Shown here piece by piece: positions 1-12,385 of a stretch of 64,000 bases of DNA. Location of the stretch: assembly GCF_006345805.1 (NCBI RefSeq), contig NC_043000.1, positions 124,744,001-124,808,000 of the forward strand, written 5' to 3'. Source of the stretch: Octopus sinensis. Its lineage: Eukaryota. Positions within the stretch are counted from its first letter, which is position 1; the number at the start of each line of letters is the position of its first letter. Under the pieces are notes generated by a model that searched no databases, had not been told where the DNA came from, and saw only the letters and a program-made list of their open reading frames with translations. The translations under genes were made by a program, and so were the position numbers.

Positions 1-80
1 ACTGGAAACTTCAAAGGCAATGGTTCTCCAAAAGTAAACTTTACTTGTAGAAATATATAAAAATGGTAAAAATATTCTTT

Positions 81-500
81 TCTACTCTAGGCACAAGGCC
101 TGAAATTTTTGGGAAGGGGACCAGTCGATTAGATCGACTCCAATACACAACTGGTACTTAATTTATCGACCTCGAAAGGATGAAAGGCAAAGTTGACCTC
201 AGCAGAATTTGAACTCAGAATGTAAAGACAGATGAAATACCGCTATGCATTTCACCTGGCATGCTAACGTTTCTTATTTCTTTATTCTTCACAAGGGGCT
301 AAACATAGAGGGGACAAACAAGGACAGACAAAGGGATTAAGTCGATTACATCGACCCCAGTGCGTAACTGGTACTTATTTAATCAACCCTGAAAGGATGA
401 AAGTCAACCTCGACAGAATTTGAACTCAGAACGTAAAGACAGACGAAATACTGCTAAGCATTTCACCCAGCGTGCTAATGTTTCTGCCAGCTCGCTGCCT
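81..500 (-). mobile_element. Dimeric SINE (family B: head AAGGCGGCGAGCTGGCAGAA; monomer B followed by monomer B')
   Basis: Two tandem related monomers (about 271-500 and 81-271). Flanked by the direct repeat TAAAAATGGTAAAAATATTCTTT at 58-80 and 501-523. The monomer recurs at 22852 and 35722. Confidence 0.8.
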
Positions 501-1214
501 TAAAAATGGTAAAAATATTCTTTAAACAATTTTGTTATTACAGTTCTGGTGAAATACAATACCTTTGTTGCAATTAATTTTTTAAAATTATGAAGAATCG
601 TTAAGCTGATTTTTGGAACAAAATTAACATTGAATTTTAATAGATGATCTTAATTTAGATTGTGTTAGCACAAGAACCAAACAGGAAGTTTATATCATGG
701 AAGTAAGGGTGTTCACATGTGGATTGGCATGATAAAATCAAATCAAGTGAGTTTGTATGAGAATGTAGGAGATTGCCAAAATGACTGAACGACTCTCCAG
801 ATCTCACTGTACAATCTAACATGGAGTCTGTTCAGGACATGTAGCATTAATACAGATATTTATATTACATCATGGTCTCTAATTTGGTATGATAGCATGT
901 TACCCCATGCATCAGTCCTTACTGGTCTGTGACTCACAACTTCGAAGGTATGGGAATGAAGACTGCTTACTTCTTCTATGCCTCATTTGAATGAAATATG
1001 AATTTATCAATAAACATACAAATATACACACACTTAATGGTGAATATGGACACCTTATTGCAGTGTTTCTCAACCTTTTTACCCTTGCATAACTCTTAAA
1101 ATAAATTACATGTTTCAAGGAACCTTTGAACAAAAAAAATTATATACCATATCTTTCTTATAATTTCTTCATCATAGTTCACATGGTAAATATCATATAT
1201 ACGTATATACTTCA

Positions 1215-1589
1215 GCACTCCATCAGTTACGACGATGAGGGTTCCAGTTGATCCAATAAACGGAACAGCTTGCTCATGAAATTAACATGCAAGTGGCTGA
1301 GCACTCCACAGACACGTATGCCCATAACGTAGTTCTCAGGGAGATTCAGCTTGACACAAAGTGTGACAAGGCTGGCCCTTTGAAATACAGGGACAACAGA
1401 AACAGGAAGAAAGAGTGAGAGAAAGTTGTGATGAAAGAGTACAGTAAGGTTCGCCACCCCCCACCCTGCTGGAGTCCCATGGAGCTTTAAGTGCTATCGC
1501 TCAATAAACACTCACAATGGCTGGTCTGGGAATTGAAGCCGTGATCCTATGGCCATGAGTCAGCTGCCCTAACTGAGCCATTGAGCCTC
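1215..1589 (-). mobile_element. tRNA-derived SINE (family C)
   Basis: tRNA-like head on the minus strand. Body GTTACGACG..GTTCCAGTTGATCC..GGCTGAGCACTCCACAGAC is shared with the copies at 7420, 8708 and 47680. Confidence 0.75.
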
Positions 1590-1619
1590 GACCACGTGAG
1601 CACCGCCAGCAATTTTTTT

Positions 1620-1785
1620 TCCTCTGTCTTCCCTTCTCGGGATCTTTCCTTCTCCTTTGTTTCCAACGAAGAGTTCCGCTCGAAACGTTAAACCCTCCTT
1701 CCCTTCTTTCCTGAGCGTCCAATAATACTTTATTTGTTCCACGTCCTCGCGTTGCTGTGTATTTTTTGTGTTTTCTTGTTTGGAT

Positions 1786-1790
<5 letters not shown>
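1620..1790 (+). mobile_element. Penelope-like element terminal fragment with degenerate minimal hammerhead motif
   Basis: GTTT-CCAACGA-A-GAG-TTCCG-CTC-GAAAC-GTT-AAAC at 1659-1693. Ends at a (TA)n tract. Similar motif at 3200-3232. Confidence 0.45.
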
Positions 1791-1879
<89 letters not shown>

Positions 1880-1885
1880 CATATA
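1790..1885. repeat. (TA)n microsatellite
   Basis: Seen directly. Confidence 0.95.
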
Positions 1886-2185
1886 AATATTATTAGGGTA
1901 ATAAGAATTATAGAAATTTTTACTACCTGTGGTCTAGCGCAAAAAAAATTTAGTCTATAGACTATATATTATTCATATAAAATATCATGTACATTAAAAC
2001 ACATTAAGAGGCTTCTATCATAGGAATGCCTTGCGTTAGAAAGAACAGATAAAGTTGAAGCCACTAATTAGGGATAAATTCTCGAAGGGAATGAAAAATA
2101 AAAACATTTACCATCTAATTCAATTCCCGGACCATGGTTTCTGACTTATTCCAGTAAAATAAAATTTACTGAGGCCATATATATA

Positions 2186-2489
2186 TCGTTTAACGTCCGT
2201 TTTCCATGCTAGCACGGGTTGGACGGTTCGACCGGGGTCTGGGAAGCCAGGGCTGCACCAGGCTCCAGTCTGATCTGGCAGTGTTTCTACAGCTGGATGC
2301 CCTTCCTAACACCAACCACTCCGTGAGTGTAGTGGGTGCTTTTTACGTGCCACCGGCACAGGTGTCAGGGGTGTCTGGCATCGACCACGATCGGTTGGTG
2401 CTTTTAACGTGCCACCGGCACGGAAGCTAGCCAAGGTGGCGCTGGCATCGGCCATGTTCGGATGGTGCTTTTTATGTGCCACCGGCACA
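2186..2489 (-). mobile_element. RTE-LINE 3' end (3' UTR, truncated copy)
   Basis: CGTTTAACGTCC..CCATGCTAGCA..CAGCTGGATGCCCTTCCTAAC matches the 3' UTR behind the RTE ORF end at 61618-62438. Confidence 0.75.
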
Positions 2490-2566
2490 TATATATATAT
2501 ATTTTCAGATGTCTGAATATATTAAACCATAGTTTACCATTTAAACTACCAACTACTCTTAACTTT

Positions 2567-2668
2567 ATAGCAGGCCTATAGGTAATACACCAGTATTAGG
2601 TAATACTATATATAGCAGGCCTATAGGTAATACACCAGTGTTAGGTAATACACCAGTAGTGCCTATGG
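2567..2668. repeat. Short local tandem repeat (TAGGTAATACACCAGT units)
   Basis: ATAGCAGGCCTATAGGTAATACACCAGT occurs twice, plus partial units. Confidence 0.8.
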
Positions 2669-3374
2669 TTACATTTATCCCTTAGACGGTTGCATAACCC
2701 CCAACTCATATGAAATACAAAGTAGAAAAACAGCCAACAACTGATGAAGGGTCGTTTTTGTATGTTGTTTGTCTTGTTTTCCATTTGTTTCTTGTTCGCA
2801 AAATAGTTTGCATTCCATGTTTTTGTATTTCATATTTCATGTTGTTTACTTTCTGAGGTGTCCTGTGCTCATATATGTATATGTATATACATATATATGT
2901 ATGAACATATATGTATGTATGTATGCATATACATTTATATATTATTCGTATATATATACACACTATGTACACAAGTACCTCCACACATGGGTACTCACAC
3001 ATGCACACACGCATACAATTTCACCGCACATACACAAACCAATATGCACTCTCCAACCATTGAAAACCACAATTATCTCTCAAACTCCTGGTTACCCAGT
3101 GATCAAACATGTAAATTACACACAAGTGTTTTCTCCTTCCTGACTCTCTCTTCCTATCTTCTTCCTTCTTTCTCCTCTTCTCTGGACTTTTATCTGTAAA
3201 TCCAACAAAGGGCTATGCCTGAAGCATCATACTTTTCCTCTTTCACTTCATAACTTTTCTCTTTGAGCTTCAAACTAATAATATTCACTGAATGCTCTCC
3301 TTGAACTTTTATAGTTTTTGCCTTTGAATTCATCTTTTGTTATTGATTTGCTAATGTGTGTATATGTATATATA

Positions 3375-3595
3375 TCATCATAATCGTTTAATGTTCACTT
3401 TTCATGTTGGCATGGGCTGGATGGTTTGACTGAGGACTGGCACGCTGGGTGGCTGTACCAGGCTCCAATCTGATCTGGCAAGGTTTCTACAGCTGGATGG
3501 CCTGCCTAATGCTAACCACTCTGAGAGTGTAGTGGGTGCTTTTTATGTGCTACCAGCATTAGAGCCAGTCAAGTGGCACTGGCATTGACCACACT

Positions 3596-3598
<3 letters not shown>
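3375..3598 (-). mobile_element. RTE-LINE 3' end (truncated)
   Basis: Same family motifs, with a (CAT)n tail at the left end. Confidence 0.7.
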
Positions 3599-3650
<52 letters not shown>

Positions 3651-3791
3651 GAGTGTATTTTACCTTGTTAACATTTAACACGGATAAATGAATGAATAGT
3701 TACCAGGACAGCAAAAATCTCACAAGTAAAGATGTTGTAACTCCTTGTTTATAAAGGTTGAAACTTCGTGTTTACGTTGAATATTTGAATA

Positions 3792-3838
3792 ATAGGAATA
3801 AAAAATGGAGTTAACCTGCGTTAACTCCATTTTTTATT

Positions 3839-3843
<5 letters not shown>
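3792..3843. repeat. Perfect 24-bp inverted repeat with 4-nt loop
   Basis: ATAGGAATAAAAAATGGAGTTAAC-CTGC-GTTAACTCCATTTTTTATTCCTAT. Confidence 0.9.
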
Positions 3844-3896
<53 letters not shown>

Positions 3897-5096
3897 TATA
3901 TACATACATACATACATATATATATATACATACATATATATATATATACATATATATATATCCATCATCCAGGGTTTTAAATCCGGGCTTTGTCCCTGTT
4001 AAGAGGGGTGGCTGGATCTACCTCAATGCCATAGCAACCAAGGTTGGCAGGTGCAACCCACCCCAACCTGTGAGCTGGCTGGTGCTCACTCTCCTTTACT
4101 ATCATGATGGTTTTTGGGACCTGGATTTTCTCTGGGTAGCATGCTCTTGCTTACCCTCAACCTCAATTTCTAGACATGAGTGGTCCCAAGACCAAGGCTT
4201 CTACCATGATATTTAAGAAATGTGGTGGAAAACTAGCTCAGGAAGGCAGGGACGTTACTCCCTGAAACCCCTTTTGGAGCTCCCTACCTACATTATTTAA
4301 TGTCCATTTTCCATGCTGGTATGGATTACATTGTTTGACTGGAATTAGTAATCCAGAGAGCTGCGCCAGGCTCCATTCTTGGTTTGGTTTCTACAGCTGG
4401 ATGTCCTTCCTAATGCCAACCACTCCATGGAGTGTACTAAGTGCCTTTTACATGTCACTGACATGGGTACCTTCTATGTGTCACTCACATGGGTGCTTTT
4501 CCAACATCACTGGTGCTAACTACGAATGTATATATCTTTTTGTCTTTGAATTCATCTTTTGTTATTGATTTGCTTATGTGTGTGTGTGTATATATATGTG
4601 TGGGTGTTTCTGTTTGTTCCCCATACCACCATTTAACAACTGATGTTGGTTTTTCTTTTATTTGTTTCTGTTATTTGATTGACTGTGGCCATGCTGGAGC
4701 ACCGCCTTTATGTTTATGTTCCTGTAACTTAGCAGTTTGGCATAAGAAACTGATAGCATAAGGTCTAGTACAGAGAAACAGAGTAATGCCAAGAGGTTGA
4801 GAAGGTGAAAAGGGAGAGTGAGGTATAGTATCTGAATAAAAAAGGGGACACCAAAGAAAAGGAAGTCAAAAGAAGTTAGTATAAATTAAGGCATTTGCGA
4901 ACAAGATAGGAGAAATGAACAAATTAATGAAAATAATGACTGAGAGATTAAAAATTGAGAAAGGAAAAATGAAAAATGAAAAATTGGAAAGCTGAGGCAG
5001 TGTGAAAGGGTGAGATTTTAACAGATTACATGAAATGTAAGGAGACCCTTGGAAATCCTCGTTTTAAATTCACACACACACACACATATATATATC

Positions 5097-5421
5097 TGGC
5101 TCAGTGATTAGAGTGTCGAGCTTACGATTGTGAGGTTGTGAGTTTGAATCCCCGGACCGGGCTGCGTGTTGCATTCTTGAGCAAGACACTATATTTCATG
5201 TTGCTTCAGTTCACTCAGCTGTAGAAATGAGTTGCGACATCACTGGTGCCAAGTCGTATCGTCTTTTGCCTTTCCCTTGGATAACACTGGTGGCATGGAG
5301 AGGGGAGGTCAGTATGCATGGGCGACTGCTGGTCTTCCATAAACAACCTTGCCTGGACTTGTGCCTGGGAGGGTAACTTCCTAGGTGCAATCCCATGATC
5401 GCTCATGACCGAAGGGGGTTT
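5097..5421 (+). mobile_element. tRNA-derived SINE (family D, CORE-like central domain)
   Basis: A-box-like TGGCTCAGTGATT and B-box-like GTTTGAATCC, then TTCTTGAGCAAGACACT..CAGTTCACTCAGCTG. A degenerate relative lies near 46570-46830. Confidence 0.7.
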
Positions 5422-5589
5422 CAGCACATATGTGTTATTGTGTGTGTGTATACATGTACATAGATGTGTGATATCTATATACATGTATGTATTTAAATAT
5501 GTACACACACGCACGTATATATTCACATTATTCATTGAAAGGTTTCCAGTATTTCCTTCCATACCTTTCATAATTTTTTTAATTTATGC

Positions 5590-5880
5590 ACCCTTTGCAA
5601 GCCTAGCCAGGCTCATGGGCCTGGTTTCCCAGTTTCTATGGCGTATGTGTTTCCCCCAGCTAGACAGGATGCCAGTCCATTGCAGCATTATTCAAGAAAC
5701 AGGAAAAAAGTGTGACGAAAGTTGGGGGTGAAAGAGTACAACAGGGATTGCCACCACCCGCTGCCGGAATCTTGTGTAGCTTTAGATGTTTTTCACTCAA
5801 TAAATACACACAACGGCTGGTCTGGGAATTGAAACCGCTATCCTCCTACCGTGAGCCCGCTGCCCTAACCACTGGGCCTT
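5590..5880 (-). mobile_element. tRNA-derived SINE (family C head, alternative tail)
   Basis: CCCTAACCACTGGGCC head and TCAATAAA.AC.CACAAC body shared with 8708-9017. Confidence 0.65.
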
Positions 5881-6411
5881 TCATAACACACTCACATAAT
5901 ACACTAACGTAATACACTCATAAAGACATTTTCCTCATGTGTTTATAAAATTCATATTTTTCAAATGAATAATAACATGTTTTCTTAATTAAAATATAAA
6001 CAATTGCATAACAGAATACATTTCCTATCAATATATTAGCCTGCCTAAAACTAACACTGACATTTGAAAACTTCAACAAAAGAAAATGCCAAAAATAATT
6101 ATAAGCACAAAACACAAGCAACAACCAAAAGGACTGAAGCTTATATTTTAATGCATATTTCCTAAGAAAATATTCTTATAATATTTCTATATTAAATAAC
6201 AAGTTTATACATTTTATTGAAGACTGAGACAGGTCGAAAAAATGTATGAATATTATTAGGCAAATGTTGATATTTTATATAATTAGCTCTATATCGTAAT
6301 TAGATTTTGATATATTATTGCTTGTTCATTACTGTATATGTCAGATGCAAGTGGTTTGAGATGTAAGCACTTGTCTATACAGATTAGCTTTGCTTGAATA
6401 ACTGTTACCTG

Positions 6412-6425
6412 GTTGTCATGGAAAC
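6412..6425. promoter_or_regulatory. Candidate RFX X-box
   Basis: GTTGTCATGGAAAC matches the X-box consensus GTHNYYATRRNAAC exactly and lies in non-repetitive sequence. Confidence 0.3.
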
Positions 6426-7419
6426 AGATAGATATTTAAAATGGCAGTCTGACATTTACTGTTCTTGTGATAGAATCATTGCAAAAAATAAATAGAATAA
6501 AATAAAAGGTAAAAGAAAGAGAAAAAGGGAAGAGAAGCAAAAAGATGAAACGGTATGTTAAAGAATACTAAAACTCAAACAAAACCAAAAATGTACTGGG
6601 ATGAAAATAATTTTAGTTTTTCAAATACAAAAACCGAAAAAATGCAGAAAAATAGAAAGAGATAAAATAAGTTTCTTATAAGTTGTTGTTCTTTTGGCTT
6701 CTGATTTCTAAGTATTATTTTATTAAAATGAGTTTTGTTTTAAGAAAAAAAGTTATTGCACAACACAAAGCTATTTAGATATAAAGAACAGTTTATATAT
6801 ATCTGCGTAATTTTAAAAAGTGTAGTTGTGGAACAGTTTGCCTGTAGGTAGAAATACCGTTTGTTGGTTGTGTTTTGTTTCATTTTAATCTAAAGAATCA
6901 TCTGAAACAATAAGTTAGGCAAACAACTAATTTTTTCCTTTTTTGCAAACAAATTTTTCTAAATTCTTACACAGGCATGGCTGTGTGGTTAAGAAGCTTG
7001 CTTTGTAACCACATGGTTTCAGGTTTAGTCCCACCCTGTGGCACTTCAGGTAAGTGTCTTCTACCGTAGGTCTGCTTTGACCAATGGCTTGTGAGTGAAT
7101 TTGGTTGATGGAAACTGTTTGGAAGTCCATCATCATCATTATACTGAGTCTTTGTATTTTAAAAAGTAAAAGAAAACATAGGAACTAAAGCCCTTAAGAA
7201 CTTAGGCCCTTGGGGAAAATGCAGGGGTTTTGCTTTTATATGGGTCTTTTTTTCAAAATTTTCCAATCAAAATTGAGGTGTATCTTTGAAGTCAGAGACC
7301 CTCTAGGCTGAGGAATATGGCAATTATATACAGAAGATTGCTTACCAATCACAGGGTTTCTGGTTCAGTCTCATTGCATGATACCTTGGGTGAGTATCTT
7401 CCGCCATCATCTTAGTCTT

Positions 7420-7705
7420 GGCTTTCTGTCAGTTACGACAATAAGAGTTCTGGTTGGTCCGATCAATGGAACAGCCTGCTCATGAAATTAACATGCAAGT
7501 GGTTGAGCACTCCACAGACATGCGTACCCTTAAAGGAGTTCTCAGATAGATTCAGCATGACACAACTTATTTTTGCTAGCTGAGAGAGCTGGAGCAACTT
7601 AAAATAAAGTGTCTTGCTCAAGGACATGAGGCACTGGCGGAAATTGAGCTCATGACCTTACAGTCATGAACTGATTACCTTAACCACTAAGCCATGTGCC
7701 TTCAT
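7420..7705 (-). mobile_element. SINE (family C-type tail, degenerate)
   Basis: GTTACGAC..GATCAATGGAACAGCCTGCTCATGAAATTAAC..GAGCACTCCACAGAC, and head CCTTAACCACTAAGCCAT. Confidence 0.65.
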
Positions 7706-7736
7706 CTCAGGCCAATACTAGTGAATTTGGGAGTCA

Positions 7737-8375
7737 TTATCATCATTTAATGTCCACTTTCCATGCTAGTATGAGTTTGACGATTTGACTGAGGTCTGGT
7801 GAACCAGATGGCTGCACCAGGCTCCAATCTGATCTGGCAGAGTTTCTACAGCTGGATGCCCTTCCTAATGCCAACCACTCCAAGAGTGTAGTGGGTGCTT
7901 TTACGTGCCACTGGCACAAGGGCCAGTCAGGTGGTACTGGCAATGGCCTCGCTCAAATGGTGCTTTTTATGTGCCACCTGCACAGGAGCCAGTCCAGTAC
8001 CACTGGCAACAACCTCACTCGAATGTTTTTCACATGCCACCAGCACAAGTGCCAGTAAGGTGACACAGGTAACAATCTCGCTCAAATGGTGTTTTTTACG
8101 TGCCACTGGCACGGAAGCCAGTTTGCTGCTATGGCAACGATCTCACTCGGCTTGTACTCTTAGCGCTCCCCTAGCACAGATGCCAGTTATCGAATTTGAT
8201 TTCGATTTCGATTTCACTTACCTCAACAGGTCTTTGCAAGCAGAGTTTAGTGTCCAGTAAAGGAAAGGTACACATAAGTGAGCTGGTTACACCCCTGGCA
8301 TAGGCCATGAGGTTATGGTCTCACTTGGCTTGCTGAGTGTTTTCAAGCACAGCATATTTCCAAAGGTCCTGGTCA
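7737..8375 (-). mobile_element. RTE-LINE 3' end including last ORF codons and full 3' UTR
   Basis: Reverse strand reads DQDLWKYAVLENTQQAK*, followed by the same UTR as 61852-62438, four internal repeat units and a (GAT)n tail. Confidence 0.8.
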
Positions 8376-8707
8376 CGGAAAATAAAAGAAGACCAATGTG
8401 TGTGTGTGTGTGAGTGAGTGTGTGTCCATGTCTTGACATTATGCAATAGTCGTAAACAAGCATCACCATCATACAAGCAGTGTTATTCATTTCCAGTCAT
8501 CAGTGAGAACAAGTCCGGTCATGAAGAAACATCACTTTGCTTGGAAACAGGTGAGAGTTGAGAGCAGGAACAGCCTCCAGCGTTGGAAATCTGCCTCAGT
8601 AAACCCCATCCAATCCATGTAATCATGGAAAAGGACATTAAAACAACAAAGATGATGAGATCAGTTATCAAAACAGTAGCAACATGTCCTGAGGGCAATG
8701 ATACTGT

Positions 8708-9017
8708 GGCACTCCGCCGGTTACGACGACAAGGATTCCAGTTGATCCGATCAATGGAACAACCTGCTTGTGAAATTAATGTGCAAGTGGCTGAGCACTC
8801 CACAGACATGTGTACCCTTAATGTACCCTTAATCTCGGGGAGATTCAGCGAAAGATAGTTGTGGTGAAAGAATGCAGCAGGGTTCACCACCAGCCCCTGT
8901 TGGAGCTTTAGGTGTTTTCGTTCAATAAATACTCACAACGTCCAGTCTAGGAATCGAAACCATGATCCTACAACCGCATGTCTGCTGCCCTAACCACTGG
9001 GCCATTGCGCCTCCATT
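8708..9017 (-). mobile_element. tRNA-derived SINE (family C) with TSD
   Basis: Head GGCGCAATGGCCCAGTGGTTAGGGCAGC..GGTTTCGATTCC. TSD AATGATACTGT at 8697-8707 and 9018-9028. Confidence 0.8.
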
Positions 9018-10035
9018 AATGATACTGTAAGCAACCAACAACACAATATGACAGAATGTGTGATATGTTATAGTCAACCTTTTAGCATTCAGATTTCTCT
9101 GTCAAATCAAAAGCTTGTGTTTACGTTGTTTTGGATTAATTATGCATTATCTTGTAGCTTTGAGATTTTGATGATGCGACTATTTATTTTTAAAATGGCA
9201 TTGTAGGGCAGGTATAGGAAGCTGGACCTGGTTTGCTTGAACATAAAACAATGGGCTGATTATCACGTTGTGAAAGTGCATACTGTGATCCGTGAAAATT
9301 GTCCCTGAGCAGTTTGTGAAATTTCTAAAGAATGATACAACTGTAAAAGCTCATATTCATTAATTTTAAAAGAAATATTGAAGATGTATTGTTTTTTTTT
9401 TTTATTTTTCATGAAATTTACGTCATGTCAGCTGACTGAGCAACAGTAGAAATGAGTCATAGTCAACCAGGAACTATTTAATCATTCATTATCATTGTCA
9501 TCATCATTATTGTCATCATCATCACCATCGTCATTGTTGTCGTCATCATCATTCAACACCCATGTTCCATGCTTGCATAGTTCAGTTCTAATGAAAACTT
9601 TCTAAAAATAGCATATCAGGTATCAACCTGTGGGTGTAGTTTGAAACAAAAAAAAAGGTAGTTGGATCATCCTTATTATGACCGAAAAAGAAATATGTAA
9701 AAATCACACAAATACAAAAGTAATGTTGATCATTTTCAGCTTTTGGCAGATCAAACGGTTATTTAAATGTTCTGTGTTTTTTTTTTTAAAGAAGTAGTGC
9801 AAAGAAAAAAGGCCTGAGGAATAAATAAATTAAACTTGAATGCTACATCATGTTGATATATCTGTTCAGGCATATCTCGTTATCCATGGCTTTTTGATGA
9901 AACATGAGACAACTTCTGACCCTCATCTCTACTCACTGTGCACATTTTTTAGTCCCAAAGTTGAAATCAACCCTGTAAATTCATTGATTTCATATAAGAG
10001 AATGAAGGAAATATGCTGTAAGAATTGCACATTTA

Positions 10036-10268
10036 TCATCATCATCATCATTATTTAACGCCCGTTTTCCATGCTAGCATGGGTTGGACGGTTCAACCGG
10101 GGTCTGGGAAGCCAGGAAGTTGCACCAGGCTCCAATCTGATCTGGCAGTGTTTCTACAGCTGGATGCTCTTCCTAACGCCAACCACTCCGTGAGTGTAGT
10201 GGGTGCTTTTTACGTGCCACCGGCACAGGTGCCAGGGAAAGCTGGCAGTGGCCATGATCGATTGGTGA
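10036..10268 (-). mobile_element. RTE-LINE 3' end (truncated)
   Basis: (CAT)n tail plus family motifs. Confidence 0.75.
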
Positions 10269-11030
10269 GTTTTCTGTGCCGTGTTCCTAGTTGCATACAT
10301 GTCCCAAAACTGGAAAAAAATGTTGGGAATGCTGCTCCAACAACAAAGATCTGATTACATCACAAGTTAAAAGAACAAATCCATTTTTTAAACAATTTTG
10401 TCCCTTTTCTGGACACATTCTATATGTTATTATTTTTGTTGCTGTAATTTTTAATGCTTATCCTTTCATTTCCAATGAACGACAGCTTGCTTTTGCACAT
10501 ACTCTGTCTCTGACTTCAGCCAACAGAGATTCAATAAAGCCCCTTCTCTGCCTTGTTCTTGTTATTGTATATTATAAACAACCAGGTATATTAACTTCTT
10601 GGATTACTGAAATCCAAATAGTCACAATCAACAATATTGAAATCACTATGCTGACAGCTCGTGTACTCAAGCTGGCTTCTGCCTTCATTAAACACTTTAA
10701 CCTTCTAATAAAGTAATCTACCAGTCAATTATGAGAGTTCATTATGTCCAATTGCCATGAGGAACGAGGAATCTAATATTAGATTCTTCACTTCTCACCA
10801 TAATTAAACTTAATGAACTTTTCTGTAAACCCTCCTATGGACTAATTGTTTCTGGCACTGACAATCATCATCAGTTTCTTCAGATTCTGCATCATATCTT
10901 ATCTTACCACTCAATTAATTTCACACAAATCATTTCACATTCAGAAATATTGATAATCCTTCAACTTGCTGGTCCCTTTAATTCATTTTAAAACAAAATT
11001 TGGCTGTTTTCTACCTGTGAGTGTACAATA

Positions 11031-12385
11031 CAAGGTGGTATCAAAGTTTCCAGACTAGTTATGTTTAATAAAAAAATAACTTATTAACCTAAGTTCTAAC
11101 ATCATCTTCTTCAAAGTAGTCACCTTGCACAGCAATACACTGGCTCCAGTGTTCCTGCAACTCTTGGAATCTGGCCTGGAAATTGTTTTCCATTCGAGCG
11201 CTAACAGCTTCATCCGTGTGGGATCACTGCCAGAGCAGCTGTCTGGCTTCCATGCTGGTGGCACGTAAAAAGCACCATTTGAGCGTGATTGTTACCAGCG
11301 TCGCCTTACCGGCACGTGAACAAAACATTTGAGCGAGGTTGTTGCCAGTGCCGCTGGACTGGCTCCTGTGCAGGTGTCATATGAGAAACACTATTTTGAG
11401 TGTGGCCATTGCTAGTACCACCAGACTGGCCCATGTGCCAGTGACACATAAAAGCACCAACTACACTCTCGGAGTGGTTGGCGTTAGGAAGGGCATCCAG
11501 CTGTAGAAACTCTGCCAGATCAGATTGGAGCCTGGTGCAGCCATCTGGTTAGCCAGTCCTCAGTCAAATCGTCCATCCCATGCTAGCATGGAAAGCAGAC
11601 GTTAAATGATGATGATGATGATAATGAGTCGCAGACATTCTGCGATTTGCTTTTGATCTTGACAATGGTGTTAAAACAGAGACCTTTGAGCTGCAGTTTC
11701 ATCTTGGGGAAGAGATGAAAGTCCACAGATTGTTTTTTCATCTTGGAGAAGAGATGGAAGTCCACAGATCACGAATAGGGTGGGTGTGGAAGTGGAACCA
11801 TGTTGTTTTTGGTGAGAAGTTCAAGAGTGAGGAGAGCTTGGTGACAGGGTGCATTGTCATCATAAAGAATCTAATTCTTTGTGCTCCACAGATCCAATCT
11901 CTTCTACCAAATGTCCTCCCTCAAATGCTTTGAAACATTGTTGATTGACCTCCGACGATCCTCATGCACAAACTGATGGATTTTCTTCTCATTTCCAGGG
12001 GTGAGGCTTGTGGTAGGTCTTTCAGATTGCTCATTGCCTTCCAGAGACGTTCTTCTGCTTTTGAAGCACCCATACCACTCGAAACATTGTGTACGACCCA
12101 TTGCCTCATCACCGTAAGCTTGCCAAAGCATGCTCAATGTCTCTGTAGCAGACTTCCCAACTTTAGCACAAAATTCACGTTGGTTCTTTGTTTCAATTTC
12201 CTGTCCATGACAAAATTGCAGACTACAGCACACACACATGATCACAAAAGCAAATTTCACAACTTGTGAAGTAAACACAACGATGTCACTCAGTATACCA
12301 CAGCCTCATGAAATTCACTGCTAGCTCTCACTGCGCACACACCTGTGTGCTGCCATCTGTTGGGGCACTTCAGAACTAGTCTAGG
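11031..12385 (-). mobile_element. Internally deleted mariner (DD34D-type) transposon remnant
   Basis: Minus-strand peptides: HTH FCAKVGKSATETLSMLWQAYGDEAM..FEWY, YDDNAPCH, HPPYS, DFHLFPKMK, QCIAVQGDYFEED. TA followed by TIR CAAGGTGGTATCAAAGTTTCCAGACTAGTT at 11029-11060. Partial mate AACTAGTC at 12374. Confidence 0.85.
11212..11622 (+). mobile_element. RTE-LINE 3' end inserted in the mariner
   Basis: Four repeat units and a (GAT)n tail interrupt the mariner transposase C-terminus. Confidence 0.8.

Noticed and set aside
1060-1130. hAT-type MITE end (CAGTGTTTCTCAACC)
   Set aside because: No matching terminus or 8-bp TSD found nearby.
2710-2756. Type II hammerhead (GAAA...CTGATGA-AGGGT)
   Set aside because: An exact CTGATGA is present, but stems I-III and the UH site cannot be closed convincingly.
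6205-6250. Hammerhead-like GAC..GTC-GAAA motif
   Set aside because: The core box is too degenerate to distinguish from chance in AT-rich DNA.
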